64,000 nucleotides of DNA from a virus. How positions within the stretch are numbered: position 1 is the first letter of the stretch; the number at the start of each line of letters is the position of its first letter. Below the pieces are notes generated by a model that did no database searches, was not told the DNA's origin, and saw only the letters and a list, made by a program, of their open reading frames with translations. The position numbers and the translations under genes were made by a program. The stretch covers positions 1-64,000 of IMG/VR virus record IMGVR_UViG_3300023174_004605. One strand, given 5' to 3'. Of the stretch, positions 37,822-46,882 are shown in pieces.

Positions 37822-37898
37822 ACCCCGGTGGCGCAACAGGCAGACGCACTCTCCTCAGAAGGGAGCTGTTGAAGGTTCGAATCCTTCCCGGGGGACCA
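37822..37898 (+). tRNA. tRNA-Leu(CAG) with a short variable loop
   Basis: Leu-type D arm GGCAGACGC, CTCAGAA loop, 5-nt variable loop, A73-CCA, A1:G72 mismatch. Confidence 0.85.
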
Positions 37899-37927
37899 TT
37901 GACATCATTGATCTTTTGTAGTATAAT
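37899..37927 (+). promoter_or_regulatory. sigma70 promoter for rpoZ
   Basis: TTGACA-17nt-TATAAT. Confidence 0.8.
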
Positions 37928-37948
37928 TGTTGTTCACAAGGAGAAGCC

Positions 37949-38170
37949 ATGAGTGTAAGAATTGAAAGTCGTAGCAGTGAAATTGATACCGAACGCTGTG
38001 TAGAGCATGCTGGTGGCCGTTATGATCTTGTGATCGCCGCCGCACAACGCTTAAGAGAAATGAAACGCCGAGCCAGAGAAACCAACTCTTGGGTCACGCC
38101 CATTGATGCACTCAAAGAAGTACAGAGTGGAACTTTTAATATGACTGATTATTTGGTAAAGGTAAAATAA
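37949..38170 (+). CDS. rpoZ: RNA polymerase omega subunit homolog
   Basis: CVEHAGGRYDLVIAAAQRLREM ... ALKEVQSG match omega CR1/CR3. Confidence 0.8.
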   Translation: MSVRIESRSSEIDTERCVEHAGGRYDLVIAAAQRLREMKRRARETNSWVTPIDALKEVQSGTFNMTDYLVKVK

Positions 38171-38172
38171 AC

Positions 38173-38331
38173 ATGGCAAAACGTCAAAGTGCAGGTGAAC
38201 TAAGTCGAACCATTGCTGGACAATGGTCAAAAAGCGAAAAGCGTTCAGCGGCCAGTAGAAGCATCACAGAAGCCAACAAGAAAGCACATCAAACTCTCAA
38301 AAAAATTGCTCAACAAATGAGAATGAAGTAA
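38173..38331 (+). CDS. Small basic protein (52 aa)
   Basis: Read by hand: MAKRQSAGELSRTIAGQWSKSEKRSAASRS... Confidence 0.55.
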   Translation: MAKRQSAGELSRTIAGQWSKSEKRSAASRSITEANKKAHQTLKKIAQQMRMK

Positions 38332-38334
38332 CAT

Positions 38335-38410
38335 GCACCCATCGTCTAGAGGCCCAGGACTCGGCCCTTTCACGGCTGCAACAGGGGTTCGAATCCCCTT
38401 GGGTGTACCA
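38335..38410 (+). tRNA. tRNA-Glu(TTC)
   Basis: GCACCCA/TGGGTGT-A-CCA, CTTTCAC loop. Confidence 0.9.
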
Positions 38411-38415
38411 ACATT

Positions 38416-39009
38416 TTGAATATGTCAACATCAGTTTTAGTCACCGGAGGTAATCAAGGGCTTGGCATAGACTTGGCTCAATACTTTGATGCTCATAGTG
38501 TCAGCAGAAGCACAGGGCACGACATCTTGGCAGGTCGTGAAGCCATCGCCGAACTCAGTGCCAATTATGATGTGTTCATTAACAATGCATATGATGGGTT
38601 GTTTGGGCAAAGCAGAACAGCATATGGCCAGGCACAGTTGTTGACCGAAGTGGCCATGCTGTGGCGTGATCAGGGCAAAGCCGGGCACATCATAAACATT
38701 GGTGGAGTAGGCAGTGAAGACACTGGTGTACCGTATCCAGGCTGGGAAAGTTACAATGCCAACAAGGCCGCACTCAAACATGTGAGTCTACAGTGGACGC
38801 AGGCCTTCCGTGCCAATCAGGTCTTATTCCGTACTAGCTTGATCACTGTGGACAGATTGGACACACCAGCAGGTCGTGCCAGACCTACCTGGACTGGCAA
38901 TGGAGTTGCGTCTCAAGATATCATTGGCATGATCAAACTCTGCCTAAACACTCAACCAAATACCTGTATAGGCGAAATAACTAGCTGGGTTAATCTTGAT
39001 TATAAGTAG
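38416..39009 (+). CDS. SDR oxidoreductase
   Basis: TGGNQGLG, FINNA, YNANK. Confidence 0.8.
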   Translation: MNMSTSVLVTGGNQGLGIDLAQYFDAHSVSRSTGHDILAGREAIAELSANYDVFINNAYDGLFGQSRTAYGQAQLLTEVAMLWRDQGKAGHIINIGGVGSEDTGVPYPGWESYNANKAALKHVSLQWTQAFRANQVLFRTSLITVDRLDTPAGRARPTWTGNGVASQDIIGMIKLCLNTQPNTCIGEITSWVNLDYK

Positions 39010-39033
39010 ACATACAAAATCAGGATCACAATC

Positions 39034-39249
39034 ATGTCAAACAAACTCATCCGCAAAAAACCTGGCTACACCCGAAGTGGCGAAGTCAAGATCATCAGTC
39101 TCGGCATCAAGCAGTTGATGGATCTCAAAGAAAAAACACAAACCAATAAAAAACGGGCCAAGATACAGCGTCGCATAGACTTGCTGAAACGTAGATCTGG
39201 ATATGTGGAACCTGTGGTCGAAGTCACAGAAGAAACACAGCCGGTTTAG
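39034..39249 (+). CDS. Small basic protein; stop codon lies inside tRNA-Thr
   Basis: TATAAGTA element upstream; 71 aa. Confidence 0.6.
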   Translation: MSNKLIRKKPGYTRSGEVKIISLGIKQLMDLKEKTQTNKKRAKIQRRIDLLKRRSGYVEPVVEVTEETQPV

Positions 39250-39314
39250 CTCAGCGGTAGAGCAGTGGTTTTGTAAACCAAAGGTCGGGAGTTCAATCCT
39301 CTCAACCGGCACCA
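39240..39314 (+). tRNA. tRNA-Thr(TGT)
   Basis: GCCGGTT/AACCGGC-A-CCA, TTTGTAA loop. Confidence 0.92.
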
Positions 39315-39331
39315 TTAACAAGGAAATAACT

Positions 39332-39496
39332 ATGAGCAAAATGAGCGATTTCTTAAAGAAAGCCGCAGACAAGAAAAAAGGCATCCATCACATTGAAAAT
39401 GAAGATGCGCCTGTGGTAGAACGAAAAACAGCCAAACAACGTGCACCGGTAATTGGAAAAAAACCACCCACACGATCGGCTGGCAGGGGAAGATAG
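39332..39496 (+). CDS. Small basic protein (54 aa)
   Basis: AAGGA SD before ATG 39332. Confidence 0.6.
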   Translation: MSKMSDFLKKAADKKKGIHHIENEDAPVVERKTAKQRAPVIGKKPPTRSAGRGR

Positions 39497-39529
39497 ATTA
39501 CTAAAAAAATTATTTGGCCTATCTGGGCA

Positions 39530-40450
39530 GTGGCAGTACTGAGCACTTGGCTGTACTTGATCTTGACCGGTCCAGGGTTTGAGTTGTATGAAACACATTG
39601 GCTCTATGCTCTAATGATGGTGTTTGGTTCGGCTGTAGCCGGCTTTACTCCCGAAGGCGGCGGCGCTGTGGCGTTCCCTATCTTGAGCTTGTATTTTAAC
39701 ATACCACCAACAGCGGCCAGAGACTTTAGCTTGGCCATACAAAGCATTGGAATGGTATCAGCGGCCATATGGATCCTAACAAGGAAAGCACATGCCCTAA
39801 GAACATTTAGACACATACCGTTTTATGCGGCTGTGAACATGATTGGTTTTGTGCTCATGACTGCTGTAGCAGGAGCCTTTGCTTTCAAAACCATACAGAT
39901 GTTGTTTGTGGGCTTGGCCCTGGCATTTATTGTAGCTTACCTAGTCAGCCGTGGGCGTGGAACGGTAGATGACGTGGAACTTTCTGGAACTAGATTTGTG
40001 ACTTTTGCTGTGTTTTCATTCATAGGTGGCTGTGCCTCTGCCATGTTTGGAACTGGAAGTGACATGTTGATCTACATAGCCTTGACCTGCTACTATGGTA
40101 TGAAAGAAAAGATCAGCACCGACATCAGCATTGTCCTCATGGCAGTGGTCACAGTGTTTGGTATTGCTTATCGTAGTTTGTTTTTAGACGCGGTGCATCC
40201 AGATGTTTATTTGATGTGGTTAGCGGCCGCACCGGTGGTGTTGTTCTTTGCTCCATTTGGTAATATCTTGTTAGGCTGGGCACGCAAAGAAACTATGCTT
40301 TACACCGTGCTGGCCATGAATGCAGTGAACTATTTTTATTTTATAAGTAAAAATATGAATTTGATTGTGCCAACCTTGATTACACTTGTTGTGTTTACAG
40401 CAATGTTTGTTTCAAGTTTTTATGTCAAAAACAAACTAAAACATGATTAA
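39530..40450 (+). CDS. TauE/SafE-family membrane transporter (start may be ATT at 39497)
   Basis: Multi-TM; AGFTPEGGGAVAFP, IQSIGM, GTGSD. Confidence 0.8.
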   Translation: MAVLSTWLYLILTGPGFELYETHWLYALMMVFGSAVAGFTPEGGGAVAFPILSLYFNIPPTAARDFSLAIQSIGMVSAAIWILTRKAHALRTFRHIPFYAAVNMIGFVLMTAVAGAFAFKTIQMLFVGLALAFIVAYLVSRGRGTVDDVELSGTRFVTFAVFSFIGGCASAMFGTGSDMLIYIALTCYYGMKEKISTDISIVLMAVVTVFGIAYRSLFLDAVHPDVYLMWLAAAPVVLFFAPFGNILLGWARKETMLYTVLAMNAVNYFYFISKNMNLIVPTLITLVVFTAMFVSSFYVKNKLKHD

Positions 40451-42077
40451 AAAAATTGTGATAGTAGGTGGCGGATTTGCTGGGTGGTATACAGCAGTTT
40501 CGTTGCAATACAACCTTCCAGAATTAGAAATCATTATCGTCGACAGCGAAAAGCATCCTACCATTGGAGTTGGAGAAACTGTGGGCTGGGATGCCCCGCT
40601 CAACTTACAAAGATTATGCGGCTTATCAGACGACCGACTTTTTATGTACGAGACCGGAGCCGTATACAAGTTCGGTGTAAGAGGCATTAACTTTTTTTCT
40701 GATAATTCGATTCACCGATGGGGGAAATTCCTAAACCTCAAAACATCAGCGTTGTGCAATTACTATAACGAATTTGATTATTCTGATTTTGATGAACCTT
40801 GGAATCGATCTCCCAATGACATTGGCACAATGAAAGCATGGTTGATTCGGTATCATGCCATGAAAAATTATGAAGATTTGTGTCTTGACTTAGGAGAATT
40901 AAATCATTTTTTAACCGAACCGGTGGCTCCTTTCAATCGCAACAACAAATACGTTTTGCGATCAGCACCAGGTCATGCATTTGGATATCATATTGACGCA
41001 GAAAAGTCAGGGGTTTTCTTGAAAAAAATAGCCTATCAAAGAAACACTGGTAAACTTAAACACATCACCAGCAGTGTTGTCAATGTTGCACTTGCAGATA
41101 ATGGTTCAATAGAAAAAATACAATTAGAAAACGGAGAAAATATCACCGGCGATTTATTCATTGATGCCTCTGGACTGCAACGAGTGATTGTGAGTCGCAG
41201 CACAAACTACAGTTGGACCGGCAAGGACCATAGATATTCTAATGCAGCATGGGTATGTCCTAGTCGCTACACTGATCCAACCAAAGAATTAATAGGTGCC
41301 ACTGAATTTATCGGCGACACATGGGGATGGCGATTCAAAATTCGATTGTTTCATCGTATAGGCAATGGTTATGTTTTCAATTCCGATCAAGTTGATCCAG
41401 AGAAACCATTGGCCACTATAAACGCCGCAACTAAAACAACACAACTCAAGGAGCCTAAACTTATAAGATGGTCTCCTGGCGAGTATGTGCATCATTGGCA
41501 TAAAAATCTTATTCCCGTAGGTATGGCAGCGAGTTTTATTGATCCTTATGATGCTCCAACTTTTGATGCGCACAGTCGATCACTTGATGATTTGTTAGAT
41601 TTGTTAAAAAATCCAAACAAATATAAAAACCCTGCAGAAGAATACAACAAACGCAGATCTTATACCGCAGAAGAAAGGAATCTACGTTTAGATATAACAT
41701 TCGGTATATCTCAACGTTCCGGTCCATATTGGGATTTACGTCGACAAATAGCACAGGAAAAAAATTGTTTGCGTGAACTAAAAAACATTATTTTAGAAAA
41801 AAGACTAGACCTCGAATCAAGGATGACCTGGCACTGGCATCAACAATATATTAGATCCGCTATGGCGGCCAAAGTAGACATGACCGATTGGGAGTTTCCT
41901 AAAGTGCCCGATAAAGACCTCGACATGCTGACAGCATTTTATAATTTCAATAGGCAACGCAACAAACACATTACACAACAAGAATGGCCAAATTACTCAA
42001 CATGGTTGCAACAAAACCGATTTAATGATCAGACCAACCAACAGGTTTTGCAAAGACTACAACCACAGCTTTGTTAA
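40443..42077 (+). CDS. Tryptophan-halogenase-family flavoprotein (divergent)
   Basis: VGGGFAGW, IGVGE, YKFG, FIDASG, RIGNGYVF, FIDPYDA. Confidence 0.8.
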   Translation: MIKKIVIVGGGFAGWYTAVSLQYNLPELEIIIVDSEKHPTIGVGETVGWDAPLNLQRLCGLSDDRLFMYETGAVYKFGVRGINFFSDNSIHRWGKFLNLKTSALCNYYNEFDYSDFDEPWNRSPNDIGTMKAWLIRYHAMKNYEDLCLDLGELNHFLTEPVAPFNRNNKYVLRSAPGHAFGYHIDAEKSGVFLKKIAYQRNTGKLKHITSSVVNVALADNGSIEKIQLENGENITGDLFIDASGLQRVIVSRSTNYSWTGKDHRYSNAAWVCPSRYTDPTKELIGATEFIGDTWGWRFKIRLFHRIGNGYVFNSDQVDPEKPLATINAATKTTQLKEPKLIRWSPGEYVHHWHKNLIPVGMAASFIDPYDAPTFDAHSRSLDDLLDLLKNPNKYKNPAEEYNKRRSYTAEERNLRLDITFGISQRSGPYWDLRRQIAQEKNCLRELKNIILEKRLDLESRMTWHWHQQYIRSAMAAKVDMTDWEFPKVPDKDLDMLTAFYNFNRQRNKHITQQEWPNYSTWLQQNRFNDQTNQQVLQRLQPQLC

Positions 42078-42100
42078 TTAATTTTGATTTTAATCAGCAC

Positions 42101-42250
42101 ATAAATACCTTTCGCAACGCCGGGTTCTTCCGACGTCGGCATTCAAATCGACGCTTGACATTGTGATGTCTTTACTGTATTATAATACATAACGCCGAGC
42201 CGTAGCAGAGTTCTTCTGCAAGCTCTTAAAAATTAAAAATTTAGGAGATC
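42101..42250 (+). promoter_or_regulatory. Structured 5' leader/promoter region of the Bug gene
   Basis: ATAAATA, several hairpins, TTGACA-17nt-TATTAT, AGGAG SD. Confidence 0.45.
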
Positions 42251-42254
42251 TAAC

Positions 42255-43181
42255 GTGATCAAAAAAATAGCCTCTCTGTTGGTTGTTCTGGCTGTTTGCA
42301 CCAGTGCCAGTGCCCGAGAAATAATTACTGTATATTCCCCTTACAGTCCCAGCCATGCTGGAACCACAGCCACTAGAAAAGTGTTTGAAGTGGCCAATGC
42401 CGCTCAAAACAAGTATCAATTTATTTTGGAATTCAAAGCCGGTGCACAAGGTGTATTGGCCTTGAAGGAAATCGAAGACAATCCTGCAAACAAACTGGCC
42501 ATTATCTTTGCGGCCTTTGTTGACAATGTTGAAAAGAAATTGATCAACGAGTCAGATTATGTGCCAGTACATGCACTGGGAGACGCTTGCTGGGCTGTGG
42601 TCAGCCTTGAAGGTGATCCCAGACAGGGAATAGCCAGTCTGGCCAGTGCCCGTGAAATAGTAGTGGGCAGCGTGGGATTTGGCAATGCCACCCATCTTAC
42701 GGCCTTGCAGATTGGATCCAGGTACAACGTACCAGTGCGTTTTGTGCCATTCAAGTCTAACTATGACAGCATGATGGCCATGGTGGGCGGGCACGGGATA
42801 ACCTTTAATTTAGAACGTGTCAGTGTGATTGAACAGTTCCGAGACAAAAATCCCAATCTCAAAATCTTGGCCATGAGTTGTCCTGTGCGCCATCCAGATG
42901 CTCCCGGTATAAAAACTTTAAAAGAACAAGGCATCACAGCTCCTTATGTGTTTAACACCATAGTGGCACACCAACGCATGTCTAGAGAGCGAGCCAAAGA
43001 GCTAGGTGCCATCTTGGATCAAGCCACGCTGACAGTGGGTGTTGACGAACTACGACGACTAAGCGATTTCCGCCCTGCTGTTTTTGACAAGATTTCTGCT
43101 GAAGAATTTACACGTAGCAGAATATCCATGGTCAAGCAGTTGAGACAGCAACATCGCAGTGCCATCGAAGAAAGCCGCTAG
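42255..43181 (+). CDS. Bug/TctC tripartite tricarboxylate transporter solute-binding protein
   Basis: Signal peptide, PYSP, KAGAQG, GSVGFGNATHL, VPFKS, PDAPGIKTLKEQG. Confidence 0.8.
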   Translation: MIKKIASLLVVLAVCTSASAREIITVYSPYSPSHAGTTATRKVFEVANAAQNKYQFILEFKAGAQGVLALKEIEDNPANKLAIIFAAFVDNVEKKLINESDYVPVHALGDACWAVVSLEGDPRQGIASLASAREIVVGSVGFGNATHLTALQIGSRYNVPVRFVPFKSNYDSMMAMVGGHGITFNLERVSVIEQFRDKNPNLKILAMSCPVRHPDAPGIKTLKEQGITAPYVFNTIVAHQRMSRERAKELGAILDQATLTVGVDELRRLSDFRPAVFDKISAEEFTRSRISMVKQLRQQHRSAIEESR

Positions 43182-44335
43182 TGAGCCAATATCTCTATCA
43201 CAACAAAGGTATCTACACCTGTAATGGTCGACATTTCCACAACAAGATAGATGCCATATTTGAAGCCAACACGTCCGGACGTCACGTGGAATGGGATTAT
43301 CATCATGCAATTTTTGATCAGCATCAATGGCATGTAGATCCACCAGTAGAGCTGGAAGAATTGTACAAACAACGTGCCCTTCAATTGAGAGAGGCCTATG
43401 ATCACTTGGTGCTGTTCTACAGCGGTGGCGTGGATTCCTGGTACATTCTCAAAATGTTTATCAAGTACAACATTCGCTTGGATGAAATCTACATGTACGG
43501 ACCTTTCAAGGCCGAGGAAAAAATGTATGATCAACTGGGATTGGATCGCAGTCCAGGGTACTACACCAGAGAAATCCGACAAAGTTTGCCACTGTTAAAA
43601 AAACTAGTGGCCGAGTACCAAATCAAAATCAATGTTTTTGATTGGACCGAACACATAATCAAAGCAGCCGATGATCGCGACTGGTTTTACACGGCCGGAG
43701 TGCGGTTTGATCCCACCTGCATGGTTCGCTCAAAATTCCATAAAATTTTTAGAGAACACAGTGAGCTTAGACACCGAGGTAAAAAAGTTGGATTTGTGTA
43801 TGGTATCGACAAGCCCAGATTGATCAGAGATGACAACGCCATCTACTTTGCATTTTTAGATGTAATCTTTACTACCAGTGTTTTGCCAACCAATGACATC
43901 CAGGGTGAGTTTTATGAAAATGATGAGTTTTTTTATTGGACTCCAAACATGCCCGAACTGTCAATCAAAATGAGTCACGAAGTCGTCAAGTATTTGACCT
44001 CGATCAATCAAATCAATTTGATCAAACACGTAAAAAATATCGCAGCCTTTCATGATGAGTCCTACTACCGCCAGGTCAATCGTGCAATTTATCCACTCTG
44101 GGATCACAATATCTGGCAGGTCAAAAAACCAACCAGTGCCATTTACAATGAACAGAGCAAATGGTTTTTAGACAGTGATCTTGAAGCCAAACTCAAATGG
44201 GAATCCAGTATCTATGAACTAGAAAGACTGTGCGGCAAACAATGGTTCAATGAAAATTCTGTCAGAAATGGGCTTAAAGGTCATCTCAGTCCAATGTATA
44301 AAATCGCTAATTATCAGGAGAAAATAATATCATGA
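43181..44335 (+). CDS. PP-loop (adenine nucleotide alpha-hydrolase-like) protein
   Basis: LVLFYSGGVDS; GIDKP. Confidence 0.6.
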   Translation: MSQYLYHNKGIYTCNGRHFHNKIDAIFEANTSGRHVEWDYHHAIFDQHQWHVDPPVELEELYKQRALQLREAYDHLVLFYSGGVDSWYILKMFIKYNIRLDEIYMYGPFKAEEKMYDQLGLDRSPGYYTREIRQSLPLLKKLVAEYQIKINVFDWTEHIIKAADDRDWFYTAGVRFDPTCMVRSKFHKIFREHSELRHRGKKVGFVYGIDKPRLIRDDNAIYFAFLDVIFTTSVLPTNDIQGEFYENDEFFYWTPNMPELSIKMSHEVVKYLTSINQINLIKHVKNIAAFHDESYYRQVNRAIYPLWDHNIWQVKKPTSAIYNEQSKWFLDSDLEAKLKWESSIYELERLCGKQWFNENSVRNGLKGHLSPMYKIANYQEKIIS

Positions 44336-45108
44336 GCAAGACAATCAAACAAGGCAGTTACAAATTAACAGTGTATGACAACGAAATAGATCCTGCGTTG
44401 CAATCTCTAGTATCTAATTTTTTAATGGACAGTGAATATTGTGTGAATTTTTACGATCACAGCCACAGCCTTTGGTATCCTAGAGAAGATAAATTAGTAA
44501 CTCCAAGGCACTTTCCCAGCCAACCCAGATTACCAATAGCCTGGGATGAGGAAAGTCTGTCTCACCGGGCACCAGTGATCAATGAATTGTGGACCACGAT
44601 CAACAATTTGCTGGACAATCAATTTGAAATACAAGGAGTTCCCGAAGGAATGCCTCGTTATATGACTGGAATTAGCCCTGTGGCTGGTTTAGATAAACCC
44701 AACGGCAACCCCGGCACTCCTGGCATAGGCTGGAGAGTTTATGGCAGTGGCAACGAGCGTGAACTTCAACAAGCAAGAACCAAAAGCATACATAGAGACA
44801 GTCCGTTGTTGGATCAAGAACAATACTTCAATTTGGTTTATTTTGCCAATCCAGAATGGCATCCGCAATTTTACGGAGAAACATTATTTCACAGTGATCA
44901 TGCAGACACCGGCGACTATACCGGCAAATTTGAGAACGATCAGGCCCGAAATTTTCCTATCGGCGATGTAGAAAACGTAGTGGCTCCAAGACCGGGGAGA
45001 TTTATGTTGTTTGATGCCAGATACATGCATCAAGTCAAACCCAGTGCGCATTATGCCATGCCCATCATGGGTGTGGTATTTAGATTACGGTTAAAAACAG
45101 CTGGTTGA
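44332..45108 (+). CDS. 2OG-Fe(II) oxygenase
   Basis: IHRD, YFANPEW...GETLF, PRPGRFMLFD..YMH. Confidence 0.8.
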   Translation: MSKTIKQGSYKLTVYDNEIDPALQSLVSNFLMDSEYCVNFYDHSHSLWYPREDKLVTPRHFPSQPRLPIAWDEESLSHRAPVINELWTTINNLLDNQFEIQGVPEGMPRYMTGISPVAGLDKPNGNPGTPGIGWRVYGSGNERELQQARTKSIHRDSPLLDQEQYFNLVYFANPEWHPQFYGETLFHSDHADTGDYTGKFENDQARNFPIGDVENVVAPRPGRFMLFDARYMHQVKPSAHYAMPIMGVVFRLRLKTAG

Positions 45109-45133
45109 CCATTAATTCATCATGTTGTAAAAT
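45105..45133 (+). promoter_or_regulatory. sigma70 promoter
   Basis: TTGACC-17nt-TAAAAT. Confidence 0.6.
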
Positions 45134-45176
45134 GTAGTTTAGTAGTTATTTTTAATCATAATTCAAGGACACAGCC

Positions 45177-46262
45177 ATGTCAGATACAAGAACAGTAACC
45201 TCGGTGCAGGCCCGCAAGAGCTTGCTCAAAGCATTTGCAAAAAAACGCCCGTTATTTCTCTGGGGTCCTCCTGGTATCGGCAAAAGTGAATTGGTAGCAG
45301 ATATTGCCCAAGAACTTGGTGGCCACATGATCGACCTCCGACTTGGTCAGATGGAGCCCACCGACATTCGTGGTATTCCGTTCTACAACAAAGATTCAGG
45401 CAAAATGGACTGGGCCGAACCAGTTGATCTGCCAACTGCGGAATTCGCCAAGCAGTATCCCATCGTGGTCTTGTTCTTGGACGAGATGAACTCGGCAGCT
45501 CCGTCGGTGCAGGCCGCGGCCTATCAGTTGATCCTGAATCGCAGAGTAGGCAAATACTTCTTGCCCGACAACGTGGTCTTGGTTGCCGCCGGTAATCGCG
45601 AGTCAGACAAAGGTGTGACCTATCGCATGCCCACGCCCTTGGCCAATCGTTTCATACACCAAGAAATGCGTGTGGACTTTGCCAGCTACCAAGAATGGGC
45701 AGTCAACAACAACATCCACAAGGACGTGGTTGGTTATTTGAGTTTTGCCAAGCAAGATCTCTATGACTTTGATCCTAAATCAGCGAGCCGTGCCTTTGCT
45801 ACACCTCGTTCATGGACATTCGTCAGCCAGATTCTTGAAGATGAAGACGGCGATGATGACACCATCATGAACTTGATTGCAGGTACTGTGGGCGAAGGTC
45901 TTGCTGTGAAATTCATGGCTCACCGCAAGATTGCTGGTCGCATGCCCCGGCCCGAAGATATTTTAAGTGGCAAGGTCAAGGACCTGGATGTCAAAGAAGT
46001 GTCGGCCATGTATTCATTGGTCATTGGCATGTGCTACGAACTCAAGGCGGCCATTGAGAAGAAGGTGCCGGACAAACAGTTCCATGAAATGGCTGATCAT
46101 TTCTTCAAATACATGATGCAGAATTTTGAAACTGAGCTTGTGGTCATGGGTGCTCGTATTGCACTTACTACCTACAACTTACCGTTCCAGCCTACCAAGC
46201 TCAAGAACTTTGATGAGTTCCACAACCGCTACGGCAAGTATATCTTGCAAGCTTCGGCCTAG
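45177..46262 (+). CDS. MoxR-type AAA+ ATPase
   Basis: GPPGIGKS, LFLDE, AAGNR, LANRF, TPRSW. Confidence 0.9.
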   Translation: MSDTRTVTSVQARKSLLKAFAKKRPLFLWGPPGIGKSELVADIAQELGGHMIDLRLGQMEPTDIRGIPFYNKDSGKMDWAEPVDLPTAEFAKQYPIVVLFLDEMNSAAPSVQAAAYQLILNRRVGKYFLPDNVVLVAAGNRESDKGVTYRMPTPLANRFIHQEMRVDFASYQEWAVNNNIHKDVVGYLSFAKQDLYDFDPKSASRAFATPRSWTFVSQILEDEDGDDDTIMNLIAGTVGEGLAVKFMAHRKIAGRMPRPEDILSGKVKDLDVKEVSAMYSLVIGMCYELKAAIEKKVPDKQFHEMADHFFKYMMQNFETELVVMGARIALTTYNLPFQPTKLKNFDEFHNRYGKYILQASA

Positions 46263-46272
46263 AAATAGGCCC

Positions 46273-46315
46273 GGAAGGCTGTGGTCATCACAGGCTGTGT
46301 CCATCACAGCCTTCC
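46273..46315. repeat. Inverted repeat built from two tandem CTGTG-N5-CACAG palindromes
   Basis: GGAAGGCTGTG...CACAGCCTTCC; units GGCTGTGGTCATCACAG and GGCTGTGTCCATCACAG. Confidence 0.75.
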
Positions 46316-46332
46316 ACCTTTATTGAGATAAT

Positions 46333-46677
46333 ATGAACTATACTGTTACCCGACTGGATCGTAGATACGCTTACTGGGAAGAATTTAACTACATGATTGA
46401 GTTTCATAAAAATCGTGAGTGGGGCATGGGCACAGGTGTGCTAGACTTTGACCGTGCTAGAAAATGGTTCAATGAGACCTATGGGTGGAGCCAGGAAGTG
46501 GACACCCGCAGAGAAATGGTTGCCAGCAAGGTGCGTATGAACATAGACATACACGATTTCAGTTACCTCAACACTGACTGGGCCTGGAGTTGTAGATATC
46601 AAGAATACAGGATCTATGTCAGCGATTCAGCCCTGACCATGTTTGAACTCCGTTGGAGACAGCATGCGCCTGCCTGA
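46333..46677 (+). CDS. Small protein, FxLxW-tail paralog family
   Basis: C-terminal ALTMFELRW. Confidence 0.65.
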   Translation: MNYTVTRLDRRYAYWEEFNYMIEFHKNREWGMGTGVLDFDRARKWFNETYGWSQEVDTRREMVASKVRMNIDIHDFSYLNTDWAWSCRYQEYRIYVSDSALTMFELRWRQHAPA

Positions 46678-46882
46678 TCCAGAATGGCCCTACATCTGTT
46701 ACACCAGCCATGACTGGCAGGAAGTGTGTGACTGGTGTGACAAGACCATTGGTGTATTTGATCAGGATTGGTATAAACTGGGTGAGGACATCGCGGCACA
46801 GAGCATCAATCCTGACTACAAGAGCACCTACATGTTCCGTGACGAGCGACATGCTGTGCTGTTCCGGTTGAGGTGGGAATGA
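46664..46882 (+). CDS. Small protein, FxLxW-tail paralog family
   Basis: WC...YMFRDERHAVLFRLRWE. Confidence 0.65.
   Translation: MRLPDPEWPYICYTSHDWQEVCDWCDKTIGVFDQDWYKLGEDIAAQSINPDYKSTYMFRDERHAVLFRLRWE

Noticed and set aside
43181-44335. Calling this gene queC
   Set aside because: It has SGGxDS but lacks the QueC YPDC and CxxCxxC Zn motifs, and is too long.
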